In this document: positions 18,652 through 26,333 of the stretch, in pieces
Numbering within the stretch: position 1 is the first letter of the stretch
How the letters are laid out: each line of letters begins with the position of its first letter
Source of the DNA: Oscillospiraceae bacterium
GTDB lineage: Bacteria; Bacillota; Clostridia; Oscillospirales; Oscillospiraceae
NCBI GenBank assembly: GCA_020025275.1
Contig: JAHHSI010000010.1
Span: forward strand, 28,572 to 60,571
Length of the DNA stretch: 32,000 nt
Reading direction: 5' to 3'
Translations under genes and position numbers: made by a program
Notes under the pieces: generated by a model
The model's database searches: none
What the model saw: the letters and a program-made list of their open reading frames with translations, nothing else
Told to the model about the DNA's origin: nothing

Positions 18652-19431
18652 ATGTTGGAAATCAAAGATCTGCACGTGCAGTTTCATACCAGTGATCACG
18701 AGGCGGTGCGCGGCATCGACCTGACCGTAGGCGATGGCGAGATCGTCGGACTGGTGGGGGAGTCCGGCTCCGGGAAGTCAGTGACGGCGATGACCATCGC
18801 CGGCCTCCTGGATCACGACCGGGCCAACGTTCAAGGACGCATCCTGCTCGACGGGGTGGATCTGCTGCATACCGGCGGCGAGGAACTGCGCCGGAGGCAG
18901 GGCAAGGACATCTGCGTGGTGTTTCAAGAGCCCATGAGCGCCATGAATCCGGTCAGGCGCATCGGTCCGCAGGTGGAGGAATGTCTGCGTGTCCACGAGA
19001 AGCTTTCACGGGAGGAGCGGCGCCAGATGGCGCTGCGTGCCTTGGAGGCAGTGGATCTGGATCACGTGGAGGAGATCTATCGTAAGTACCCCCATGAACT
19101 GTCCGGCGGTATGCTGCAGCGGGTGATGATTGCCGCAGCCATCCTGCCACGGCCCAAGCTGCTGCTGGCGGACGAGCCCACCACGGCGCTGGATGTGACG
19201 ATCCAGGCCCAGATCCTGCAGCTTTTGAAGCGGCTCAATCAGGAGCTCAATATGTCCATTTTGTTCATCTCCCACAACCTGAATGTGGTACGCAAGCTGT
19301 GCACCCGTGTGGCGGTGATGGAGAAGGGCAGAATTGTGGAAACCGGGGACACGGAGCGGGTGTTCTATCATCCACAGGACCCCTATACGCAGCGGCTGAT
19401 CGCCGCCATCCCCACAAGGAGGAAGCTGTGA
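18652..19431 (+). CDS. ABC transporter ATP-binding protein (DppD/NikD type, short)
   Basis: 259 aa from ATG 18652 ([11 protein letters not shown]...). Walker A GESGSGKS, signature LSGGMLQR, Walker [13 protein letters not shown]. Only a stub of the oligopeptide-type C-terminal extension is present. Confidence 0.9.
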   Translation: MLEIKDLHVQFHTSDHEAVRGIDLTVGDGEIVGLVGESGSGKSVTAMTIAGLLDHDRANVQGRILLDGVDLLHTGGEELRRRQGKDICVVFQEPMSAMNPVRRIGPQVEECLRVHEKLSREERRQMALRALEAVDLDHVEEIYRKYPHELSGGMLQRVMIAAAILPRPKLLLADEPTTALDVTIQAQILQLLKRLNQELNMSILFISHNLNVVRKLCTRVAVMEKGRIVETGDTERVFYHPQDPYTQRLIAAIPTRRKL

Positions 19432-20162
19432 TGGAAGAGAAGGTGTTGGAGGTACGGGACCTGAACGTCTGGTATCGGCCCTCGGGTGTACTGCGGCGCA
19501 AGAACACGGTGCAGGTACTTCACGAGGTCAGCTTTGACCTCTATCGTGGTGAGATCCTGGGACTGGTGGGCGAGTCGGGCTCCGGCAAGAGCACTCTGGC
19601 CAAGACGCTGCTCGGAATGGTTGGTGACTATACCGGCCGGTATACCCACTATACCAAGCGGCCGCAGATGGTCTTTCAGGATCACGGCTCCAGTCTCAAT
19701 CCCGGGCGGACGGTGGGCTGGATCTTAGAGGAGCCGCTGCGGATCTATGGCAAGTACGATCGGGAGGAGCGGGTGCGCCGCGTACGGGAGATCATCGCCC
19801 GTGTGGGCCTTCCGGAGGAGTGCTATGACCTCTATCCGCGCCAGCTGTCCGGCGGACAGAGACAGCGGGTCAGCATCGGCGTGGCCCTCATTCAGCGCCC
19901 GGGGCTCATCATCGCCGACGAGGCGGTATCGGCACTGGATGTGACGATCCAAGCCCAGATCCTGCAGCTGATCTCCGATCTGCGCAAGGAACTGGGAATC
20001 TCCTATCTGTTTATCTCCCACGACCTCAACGTGATCTATCAGCTCTGCGACCGGGCCCTTGTGATGAAGGACGGGCGCATTGTGGAGCAGGGACGGGTGG
20101 AGGAGCTCTATGACCACCCAAAAGAGGCGTATACCAAGGCACTGCTGGCGGCAGCCCTGTAG
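19431..20162 (+). CDS. ABC transporter ATP-binding protein (DppF/NikE type, short)
   Basis: 243 aa from ATG 19431, overlapping the upstream TGA by 1 nt (gTGATGg), with AGGAGG at 19418..19423. Walker A GESGSGKS, signature LSGGQRQR, Walker [13 protein letters not shown]. Confidence 0.9.
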   Translation: MEEKVLEVRDLNVWYRPSGVLRRKNTVQVLHEVSFDLYRGEILGLVGESGSGKSTLAKTLLGMVGDYTGRYTHYTKRPQMVFQDHGSSLNPGRTVGWILEEPLRIYGKYDREERVRRVREIIARVGLPEECYDLYPRQLSGGQRQRVSIGVALIQRPGLIIADEAVSALDVTIQAQILQLISDLRKELGISYLFISHDLNVIYQLCDRALVMKDGRIVEQGRVEELYDHPKEAYTKALLAAAL

Positions 20163-20517
20163 GCAGAGCCGACAGTCCGGCAGGCGCTCAGCGGGGAAAA
20201 CTACGCCTTGGAAGGGGGCAGCTCCATGGCTGCGTACGTTGGGAGGCCTTCGATAGCAAGAAGAGCTTCAATGCAGCAGTAAATATAAAATCATAGCGGA
20301 CGATCGCGGCGGGCTTTTTCTGTTTGCGGTTCCTCTCGACCGAGAAGGATCACAGGTGGCGCTGCGATCTTTCCTTATTTTTCCTAACGGTTTCTTTATG
20401 TGCAATATGGATGTATTTTTCTGATGTATTTGGCGATACTATACAAACAGTTCTTGAATTTCGCCCCTGAAAATCATCTTTCGGTGGATAAAAAATATTT
20501 ATTGCCATAAAAAAACA

Positions 20518-20546
20518 TTGACAAAAAATGTAAGATGTGTTACGAT
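20518..20546 (+). promoter_or_regulatory. Strong sigma-A-type promoter driving the antiporter leader
   Basis: Consensus -35 TTGACA (20518..20523), 17-nt spacer, -10 TACGAT (20541..20546). Confidence 0.6.
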
Positions 20547-20575
20547 CGAGCCGTTGTTTCAAGTGGCAATTGAAT

Positions 20576-20705
20576 AAAAATGGGGGAGTAGTAAGCGCAA
20601 TTTTTGCGTAGTAAGTCAACAGTTCGATCGCTGTGCGATCTGGCTTGCTTTAATTTACCAGACTCATGTGGATGATGTGTGTTGCGTGAGCCGGACTCTC
20701 TTTTT
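20576..20705 (+). promoter_or_regulatory. Candidate riboswitch aptamer (yybP-ykoY/Mn2+-like signature) in the 5' leader of the CaCA antiporter gene
   Basis: Contains AAAAAUGGGGGAGUAG (GGGGAGUAG box at 20583..20591). Two hairpins: cgcaa-ttt-ttgcg (20596..20608) and gatcgc-tgt-gcgatc (20626..20640). GGCUUG at 20642..20647. Two alternative 3' strands, CCAGACUCAU (20658..20667) and CCGGACUCUCUUUUU (20691..20705), can each pair with the 5' G-run. The class assignment is by eye only. Confidence 0.45.
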
Positions 20706-20714
20706 ATTTGTACG

Positions 20715-20744
20715 ACCTGCGCCTGTGCGCAGGTTTTTTCTTTT
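20715..20744 (+). terminator. Leader (attenuator) terminator upstream of the antiporter start codon
   Basis: Stem acctgcgc (20715..20722) / gcgcaggt (20727..20734), loop ctgt, then TTTTTTCTTTT. It lies 55 nt before ATG 20799, inside what the ORF track treats as coding (20679 start). Confidence 0.8.
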
Positions 20745-20798
20745 GTGAACACTGCTCAAGTGGATCAATACATACGAGAAGGAAAAAGGAGAAAGACT

Positions 20799-21770
20799 AT
20801 GATTGTACCTGTGTTGTTGTTTATTGTAGGACTGGTCATGCTCATCAAGGGCGGTGACTGGTTCGTGGACGGTGCCACCGGCATTGCCCATCGTTTCCAT
20901 CTGCCGGAGCTGCTGATCGGCGCCACGGTGGTTTCCATCGGCACGACCCTGCCCGAGGTGATGGTTTCGGCCACCTCTGCACTGGGCGGCCATGGTGAGA
21001 TTTCCTACGGAAATGCCATCGGCTCCATCATCTGCAATACGGCCCTGATCGCTGCCATCACCATTTCGGTCCGTCCCGGTAAGGTGGACCCCAAGACCTT
21101 GAAAAAGCCGGTGATGTTCTTCTTTCTGGCTGCGGCCATCTATGTGATTAATGCCTATGTGACCGGCTATTTCAGCCGTCTTATTGGTGTGGTCCTGCTG
21201 GTTTTGTTCGTGGTGTACATGGTTGTCACGGTGCGTGATGCGTTTAAGGAGCCCGCAGCCCCCGAGCTGGAGGAAGCCGAAGCCCCCGCAACGGAAGCTT
21301 CTCTGGGGAAAAATGTGGCTCTGCTGGTGATCGGTGCGGCCATCATCGCTGTCGGCGCCAAGCTGCTGGTGGATAACGGCATCATCATTGCCAAGGCCGT
21401 GGGCGTTCCCGAGTCCGTGATCGCATTGACCTTCGTGGCACTGGGCACCTCTCTGCCGGAGCTGGTAACGGCCATCACCTCCCTCGTCAAGGGCCACGGT
21501 GCTCTGTCTCTGGGCAACGTGATCGGTGCTAACATTTTCAATCTGGTGCTCGTTTCCGGTGTTAGCGTGACGCTGGCTCCCTTCGAGGTCCCCTGCAACA
21601 GCACATTGTTTAACTATAATGCTTCTTTTGTGCTGGATATCCCGGTGATGCTGGGGGTTATGGCACTGATGACGGTGCCCGCTCTGATTAATAAAAAATT
21701 AGCACGGTGGCAAGGAATTCTCCTGCTGGCAATTTATTTCAGCTTCTGCATCATTCAGTTCACTATGTGA
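20799..21770 (+). CDS. CaCA-family cation antiporter (YrbG/Na+-Ca2+-exchanger type)
   Basis: 323 aa from ATG 20799 (AAAGGAG RBS). Two Na_Ca_ex alpha-repeats carry the hallmark G-T-(T/S)-LPE motifs (VVSIGTTLPEVMVS and ALGTSLPELVTAI), each followed by GNAIGS/GNVIGAN. Confidence 0.9.
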   Translation: MIVPVLLFIVGLVMLIKGGDWFVDGATGIAHRFHLPELLIGATVVSIGTTLPEVMVSATSALGGHGEISYGNAIGSIICNTALIAAITISVRPGKVDPKTLKKPVMFFFLAAAIYVINAYVTGYFSRLIGVVLLVLFVVYMVVTVRDAFKEPAAPELEEAEAPATEASLGKNVALLVIGAAIIAVGAKLLVDNGIIIAKAVGVPESVIALTFVALGTSLPELVTAITSLVKGHGALSLGNVIGANIFNLVLVSGVSVTLAPFEVPCNSTLFNYNASFVLDIPVMLGVMALMTVPALINKKLARWQGILLLAIYFSFCIIQFTM

Positions 21771-21859
21771 TGGATCGGTAAATCATGCAGTATTGACGGG
21801 CAAAAAATTCCAATTTAGCGATATTACGTGTATGTTCTGAAATATTCTTGCAAAATTGA

Positions 21860-21894
21860 GCCCTGCCGTTTTTCCAGAAAACGGCAGGGCTTTT
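21860..21894 (+). terminator. Intrinsic terminator after the antiporter gene
   Basis: 13-bp stem gccctgccgtttt (21860..21872) / aaaacggcagggc (21878..21890), then TTTT. Confidence 0.85.
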
Positions 21895-21954
21895 GCGTAA
21901 TAAATTTTTCTCACAAAGAGTATAAATTATTAATAGAAAAATTTTGCGGAGCGC

Positions 21955-21983
21955 TTGAAATATTTGTTTAATTATGCTAATAT
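21955..21983 (+). promoter_or_regulatory. Sigma-A-type promoter for the URO-D/YfcC/M20D operon
   Basis: -35 TTGAAA (21955..21960), 17-nt spacer, -10 TAATAT (21978..21983). This leaves a 5' UTR of about 180 nt. Confidence 0.5.
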
Positions 21984-22170
21984 TCAAAGCACGAGCTTTT
22001 ATCTCTGATTTCGACAATAAAGCTAAAACGTATTTTATGATCTCGCTTTGGGATCGCCCGCAGCGGTTGTCAGCCAAAACCGTATGGGTAAAAAGCGAAA
22101 AGCAGAGGGTCGTGACCGAGAGTTTGCTTGTGTAAAATGTTCGAAGCAATAAAAAAGGAGGACGAAAATC

Positions 22171-23190
22171 ATGACAAGAATTGAGAGAGTTGAAGCTGCT
22201 CTCAACGGCAAGAAGGTTGATCGTGTACCCTGCAGCGTCTGGATGCATCTGTCTGAAGTCGATCAGGATCCCGTTTCCCTGGCTCAGGAAATGGCCGCAA
22301 GAAACGAGAAGTTCGACTATGACTTCATCAAGATGATGCCTTTCGGTGCGTACAGCACGCAGGACTGGGGCGCAAAGATCAACATCTATTGCGACAAGTA
22401 CAAAGAGCCTGTCATCGTCGAGCCCGGCATCAAAGATGTGGCTGATTATGAGCAGATTCAGGTCCTGCCCGCTACCTATGGTACTTGGGGCAAGGTCCTG
22501 CAGACCGCTCAGCATCTGTCCAAGATGGTGAGCAAGGACACCCCCTTCATCCAGACTGTGTTCAGCCCCATGACCACGCTGAAGAAGCTGGCCGGCGACC
22601 GTCTGGTCAAGGACATGAAGGAGAACCCCATGCAGGTTCATGCAGCTCTGCGCGCCATCACCGAGACCACGGTGAACTTCGTAGAGAGCAACATCGCTGC
22701 CGGTGTGAGCGGCTTCTTCTTTGCAACGCAGTGCGCTACCTACGACTTCCTGGATGATGCTCTGTTCGCTGAGTTCTGCAAGCCCTATGATCTGGCTGTG
22801 CTGAATTCTTATGCAAACAAGACTTGGTTCAATGTGCTGCATATCCACGGCTCCAACATCATGTTCGACGAGCTGAGCAAGTACCCCTGCAACTGCATCA
22901 ACTGGCATGACCGTGATACCCAGCCCGACATGAAGGCTGCCCGCGCCAAGGTCACCAAGACCTTCCTGGGCGGTATTCAGGAGGTGCCCACCATCACCAA
23001 CGGCGTGCTGTCCTACAGCAGCATTCTGGCCAGAAGCACTCCCGAGGAGATCAGAACCCACATCCACCAGGCCATCGACATGGTGGGCGGCAACTCCCTG
23101 ATCATCGGGCCCGGCTGCGTCTGCGATCCCAAGACTTCCGACGAGAACCTGATGGCTGTTCGCGAAGCTGTGGAGAGCTACAAGCTGTAA
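22171..23190 (+). CDS. Uroporphyrinogen-decarboxylase (URO-D) family protein, non-HemE
   Basis: 339 aa. The N-terminus RVEAALNGKKVDRVPCSVWMH parallels the HemE/MtaA A-L-x-G-x-x-x-D-R-x-P-x-W opening, but the HemE RQAGRY motif is absent. AAGGAGG RBS. Confidence 0.75.
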   Translation: MTRIERVEAALNGKKVDRVPCSVWMHLSEVDQDPVSLAQEMAARNEKFDYDFIKMMPFGAYSTQDWGAKINIYCDKYKEPVIVEPGIKDVADYEQIQVLPATYGTWGKVLQTAQHLSKMVSKDTPFIQTVFSPMTTLKKLAGDRLVKDMKENPMQVHAALRAITETTVNFVESNIAAGVSGFFFATQCATYDFLDDALFAEFCKPYDLAVLNSYANKTWFNVLHIHGSNIMFDELSKYPCNCINWHDRDTQPDMKAARAKVTKTFLGGIQEVPTITNGVLSYSSILARSTPEEIRTHIHQAIDMVGGNSLIIGPGCVCDPKTSDENLMAVREAVESYKL

Positions 23191-23237
23191 ATTCCCCCCT
23201 TGCATATTTATAAAAAATTTAGGAGAGATTTTGAAAC

Positions 23238-24656
23238 ATGAACCTGAAAAAAGGACAAGAAGTCGAGGCTAAGGCCGAAGAGAAAGAGTTTCCAAGTGGA
23301 CTCGTTATTATTTGCGCACTGATTCTGCTGGCAGCTGTCCTGACGTACATCATCCCCGGCGGTGAGTACATCAGACAGGAAGTCAACGGCAAGATGGTCG
23401 TTGATCCCAATTCCTTTTCTTATGTGAAAAGCCATCCCGCTGGCCTGATGGACATCTTTACCGCTGTTCCTCAGGGCTTCATTTCCACCGGCTGGATCTG
23501 CTTCTCCATCCTGATCATCGGCGGTTCCTTCAGCGTGATCAGCAACACCGGCGCTATCCAGGCTGGTCTGAACAGCATGCTGAAGAAGACCAAGGGCCGT
23601 GACGTGTACGCCATCCCTGTCATCGTTCTGCTGTTCTCCATCGTTCCCACTCTGATGGGTTCTCTGGAGTCCTACCTGGCTTTCGTTCCCCTGGGCATCA
23701 TGGTCGCTCGTTCCATGGGTCTGGACGCAGTCGTCGGTGTGGCCATCACCGTATGTGCCGGCGGCGCTGGTCTGGCCAGTGGTATCACCAACCCCTTCAA
23801 CTACGGCGTTGCTCAGGGTCTGGTTGGTCTGCCCGCCTTCTCCGCTATGTGGATCCGCGTGCTGGCCTTCATCGGCTTCAACGCTTCCGTGTCCTTCTGG
23901 ACTGTTAAGTACGCTCTGAACGTTAAGCGTGATATGCGCAACAGCTGGTGCTACGATGTTGAGATGCGTGCCAGCGCTGAAGAAGTGGTGATGCCTGAGT
24001 TCACCCTCAAGCACAAGCTGGTTCTGCTGGAAGTTGTCATCGGTATGGGCTACGTGATCTACGGCGCTCTGACCGGCGGTAATGACTTCATCAAGACCGG
24101 TATCCCCGCTGTCTTCCTGATGATGCTGTTTGTCACCGGCCTGATCATGCGTTACTCCATGAACGAGCTGTTCCGTCAGTTCGGTAAGGGCGCTGCCGGC
24201 GTTGTCAGCGGCGTTCTGGTTGTTGGTTTCGCAAAGGCTATCGCTATCATCCTGGATAACTCCGGCACCATCGACACCATCATCCACGCTACGGTTCAGA
24301 TGCTGAACGGCGCTTCCGGTGTCATCACCTCCGAGCTGATGTACCTGATCGGCCACATCGGTAACTTCTTCATCATTTCCGACTCCGGTCTGGCAACCGT
24401 GCTGATCCCCATCCTGTCCCCCGTTGGCCAGATGGCTGGTATCACGCAGCAGGTCGTGGTTCACGCCGCAATCCTGGGTGGCGCTCTGGGCAACATGATC
24501 ATGCCTACCTCCCCCCTGACTTCCGGTGCAATCGCTATTGCTGAGATCGACTATCGTATCTACCTGAAGTTTGTTATCCGTATCTTCCTGACCAACAGCG
24601 TTTGGTCCGCTATCCTGGTTGCGATCGCTACCATGGTGAACGTCGGACCCTTCTAA
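23238..24656 (+). CDS. YfcC-family (DcuC-superfamily) transporter
   Basis: 472 aa, polytopic. Collinear by eye with E. coli YfcC blocks (VVDPNSF, IIGGSFSVISNTGAI, NPFNYGVAQGLVGLP, NFFIISDSGLATVLIPILSPVGQMAGITQQV, IMPTSPLTSGAIAIA). AGGAGAG RBS, 47 nt after the URO-D stop. Confidence 0.8.
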   Translation: MNLKKGQEVEAKAEEKEFPSGLVIICALILLAAVLTYIIPGGEYIRQEVNGKMVVDPNSFSYVKSHPAGLMDIFTAVPQGFISTGWICFSILIIGGSFSVISNTGAIQAGLNSMLKKTKGRDVYAIPVIVLLFSIVPTLMGSLESYLAFVPLGIMVARSMGLDAVVGVAITVCAGGAGLASGITNPFNYGVAQGLVGLPAFSAMWIRVLAFIGFNASVSFWTVKYALNVKRDMRNSWCYDVEMRASAEEVVMPEFTLKHKLVLLEVVIGMGYVIYGALTGGNDFIKTGIPAVFLMMLFVTGLIMRYSMNELFRQFGKGAAGVVSGVLVVGFAKAIAIILDNSGTIDTIIHATVQMLNGASGVITSELMYLIGHIGNFFIISDSGLATVLIPILSPVGQMAGITQQVVVHAAILGGALGNMIMPTSPLTSGAIAIAEIDYRIYLKFVIRIFLTNSVWSAILVAIATMVNVGPF

Positions 24657-24693
24657 TCAACAATTTTTCCGGGACTGGAGTGAGTAATTTACA

Positions 24694-25887
24694 ATGAACT
24701 CTTACTTGAAGCGGGCCACAGAGCTCAAAGAGACAATGCTGCAAGACAGACGTTATATCCATGCAAATGCGGAGCGCGGCATGGTTCTGCCCGTGACCTC
24801 TGCCTACGTCAGAAACAGACTGGAGCAGATGGGATATGAAGTCACTGGCTTGGACGAGTCCGGACTCACCGTTACGGCGGGAGATCCCAACGCCGAGCAC
24901 GTGATCCTGCTCCGTGCTGACATGGATGCGCTGCCCATGAAAGAGGAGAGCGGTTTGGAGTTTGCCTCCAAGACCGACAGTGCGCATTGCTGCGGCCATG
25001 ATCTTCACACCACGATGCTGTTGGCGGCAGCGCAGATCATCAAGGAGCATGAGGCCGAGCTGAAGGGTGCAGTGAAGTTCCTCTTCCAGCCTGGTGAGGA
25101 AGTTGGACGTGGCGCTGCGGCCATGGTGAAGGCCGGGGTTCTGGAGAATCCCAAGCCCACAGCCGTCATGGCGATGCACGTCAACGCAAAGAGTCCTTTC
25201 CTGCAGCTGAACTACGGTAAGGGATGTACCTTCTGCTCCGATGATACGATGAACATCCGCATCATCGGCCGCGGTGGCCACGGTGCAAGACCTCATGAGA
25301 CCGTAGATCCCATCAAGGTGGCCTGCCACGTATACATGGCGCTGCAGAGTATCAAAGCAAATACCATCAGCCCCTTGGAGCCTGTGATCCTGACGATCAC
25401 AGGTATCCATGGCGGCGGTGAGGGCCACAACATCATTCCCGATGAGGTCGAACTCAAGGGAACCGTTCGTGCCTACAACAGCGCAGCCAGAGCCGATCTG
25501 CTGGAGCAGATCGAGACAAAGGCCAAGATGGTTGCCGCTGCCTTCGGGGCAGAGGCAGAGGTCGTGTTCAACGGCACCTGCGCTCCTCTGGTTTGCTCCC
25601 CTGCGTTCACCGATGAAATTCTGGAATGCGCAGCGGAAGTGATGGGCCAGGAGCGCATCGCAGCCACCAGCGAGGTGAAGATGGGCGCAGAGGACTTCTC
25701 TGCCATCACCGAGCTCTATCCCGACACCAGCGCCTATCTCTTTATCGGCGCCGGTCCGGACGAGCAGACCGCCTATCCTTACGGCCAGCACAACACCAAG
25801 GTGGTCTTCAACGAGGACGTGATGCCTTACGGTGCCGCAGTCATGGCAGCAAGCGCCATGGGCTGGCTGGAGAAAAAGGCACGATAA
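24694..25887 (+). CDS. M20D-family amidohydrolase (N-acyl-L-amino-acid amidohydrolase / aminoacylase type)
   Basis: 397 aa. LLRADMDALPMKEESGLEFASK...HCCGHDLHTTMLL (the HACGHD metal site) and FQPGEE, with a lid-domain insertion. 37 nt after the YfcC stop. Confidence 0.9.
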   Translation: MNSYLKRATELKETMLQDRRYIHANAERGMVLPVTSAYVRNRLEQMGYEVTGLDESGLTVTAGDPNAEHVILLRADMDALPMKEESGLEFASKTDSAHCCGHDLHTTMLLAAAQIIKEHEAELKGAVKFLFQPGEEVGRGAAAMVKAGVLENPKPTAVMAMHVNAKSPFLQLNYGKGCTFCSDDTMNIRIIGRGGHGARPHETVDPIKVACHVYMALQSIKANTISPLEPVILTITGIHGGGEGHNIIPDEVELKGTVRAYNSAARADLLEQIETKAKMVAAAFGAEAEVVFNGTCAPLVCSPAFTDEILECAAEVMGQERIAATSEVKMGAEDFSAITELYPDTSAYLFIGAGPDEQTAYPYGQHNTKVVFNEDVMPYGAAVMAASAMGWLEKKAR

Positions 25888-25971
25888 AGCCGGAGGAAAT
25901 CGACGGCTGTCATAGGACAAAGAAACGATGCGCCCGAAGGGGCATCGAAAAGTCTGATCCTGTATCTACGA

Positions 25972-26090
25972 AGCTGTAGGACGTCAGTGTTTCACCGACG
26001 CCCTACAGCTATCGGTACGGTATGGAAAAATGAGCCACTCATTTTGATGAACAAAAAAGAAGAAAAGGCACTGTTTTTACAGTGTCTTTG
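25972..26090 (+). terminator. Series of three hairpins after the M20D gene (probable operon end)
   Basis: (i) 14-bp stem with 1 mismatch, agctgtaggacgtc (25972..25985) / gacgccctacagct (25997..26010), no T-run. (ii) aaaatgag-cca-ctcatttt (26027..26045). (iii) ggcactgt-tttt-acagtgtc (26067..26086), followed by TTTG. None is a textbook terminator on its own. Confidence 0.4.
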
Positions 26091-26203
26091 ACCATGTGAG
26101 AAGTGTGCTGTCCATGGTGCCCGGCCGGCTGAAGGATCTGTGCCACGGCGCAGGAGAGCGGCGGCCATGGGACAATCACGATAGGAAACAGAGTGTATCG
26201 AGT

Positions 26204-26234
26204 ATTGTTCACACAATTCGACTTGTGAACAAGT
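26204..26234. promoter_or_regulatory. Two adjacent 14-bp palindromes (GT-N-AC type) overlapping the cyuA promoter
   Basis: ATTGT-TCAC-ACAAT (26204..26217) and ACTTGT-GA-ACAAGT (26221..26234). Together they also form the 9-bp inverted repeat TTGTTCACA (26205..26213) / TGTGAACAA (26224..26232). Confidence 0.5.
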
Positions 26235-26251
26235 CAATCAACGCTTATAAT
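26223..26251 (+). promoter_or_regulatory. Sigma-A-type promoter for the cysteine desulfidase gene
   Basis: -35 TTGTGA (26223..26228, inside the second palindrome), 17-nt spacer, consensus -10 TATAAT (26246..26251). Confidence 0.5.
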
Positions 26252-26333
26252 AATGGCATAACCTGCCTGTTTCAACAAACTTACGTCATGGTTCAATCGT
26301 ACAGACGAAAAGAATGCTTAGGAGACGATAAAT

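Noticed and set aside
19189-19969. 35-nt near-identical DNA repeat (34 of 35): ctggatgtgacgatcca(g/a)gcccagatcctgcagct at 19189..19223 and 19935..19969.
   Set aside because: Both copies encode the same conserved [12 protein letters not shown] segment just after Walker B in the two paralogous ATPase genes. This reflects paralogy and constraint, possibly with local gene conversion, not a mobile or regulatory repeat.
20163-20517. 355-nt spacer after the ABC operon with no assigned feature; checked for tRNA or small-RNA signatures, a terminator and gene remnants.
   Set aside because: I found no tRNA-like T-arm or acceptor pairing, no convincing stem plus U-tract, and no ORF with an RBS. The AT-rich right half is probably just the upstream region of the 20518 promoter. 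It is left unannotated.
20679-20798. Track start of the antiporter ORF at 20679, and minus-strand ORFs 20350..20619 and 20540..20752 in the same spacer.
   Set aside because: The extension crosses an intrinsic terminator (20715..20744) and has no RBS. The conserved CaCA N-terminus begins at ATG 20799 behind AAAGGAG. The minus-strand ORFs overlap the promoter and leader, are AT-rich and lack motifs.
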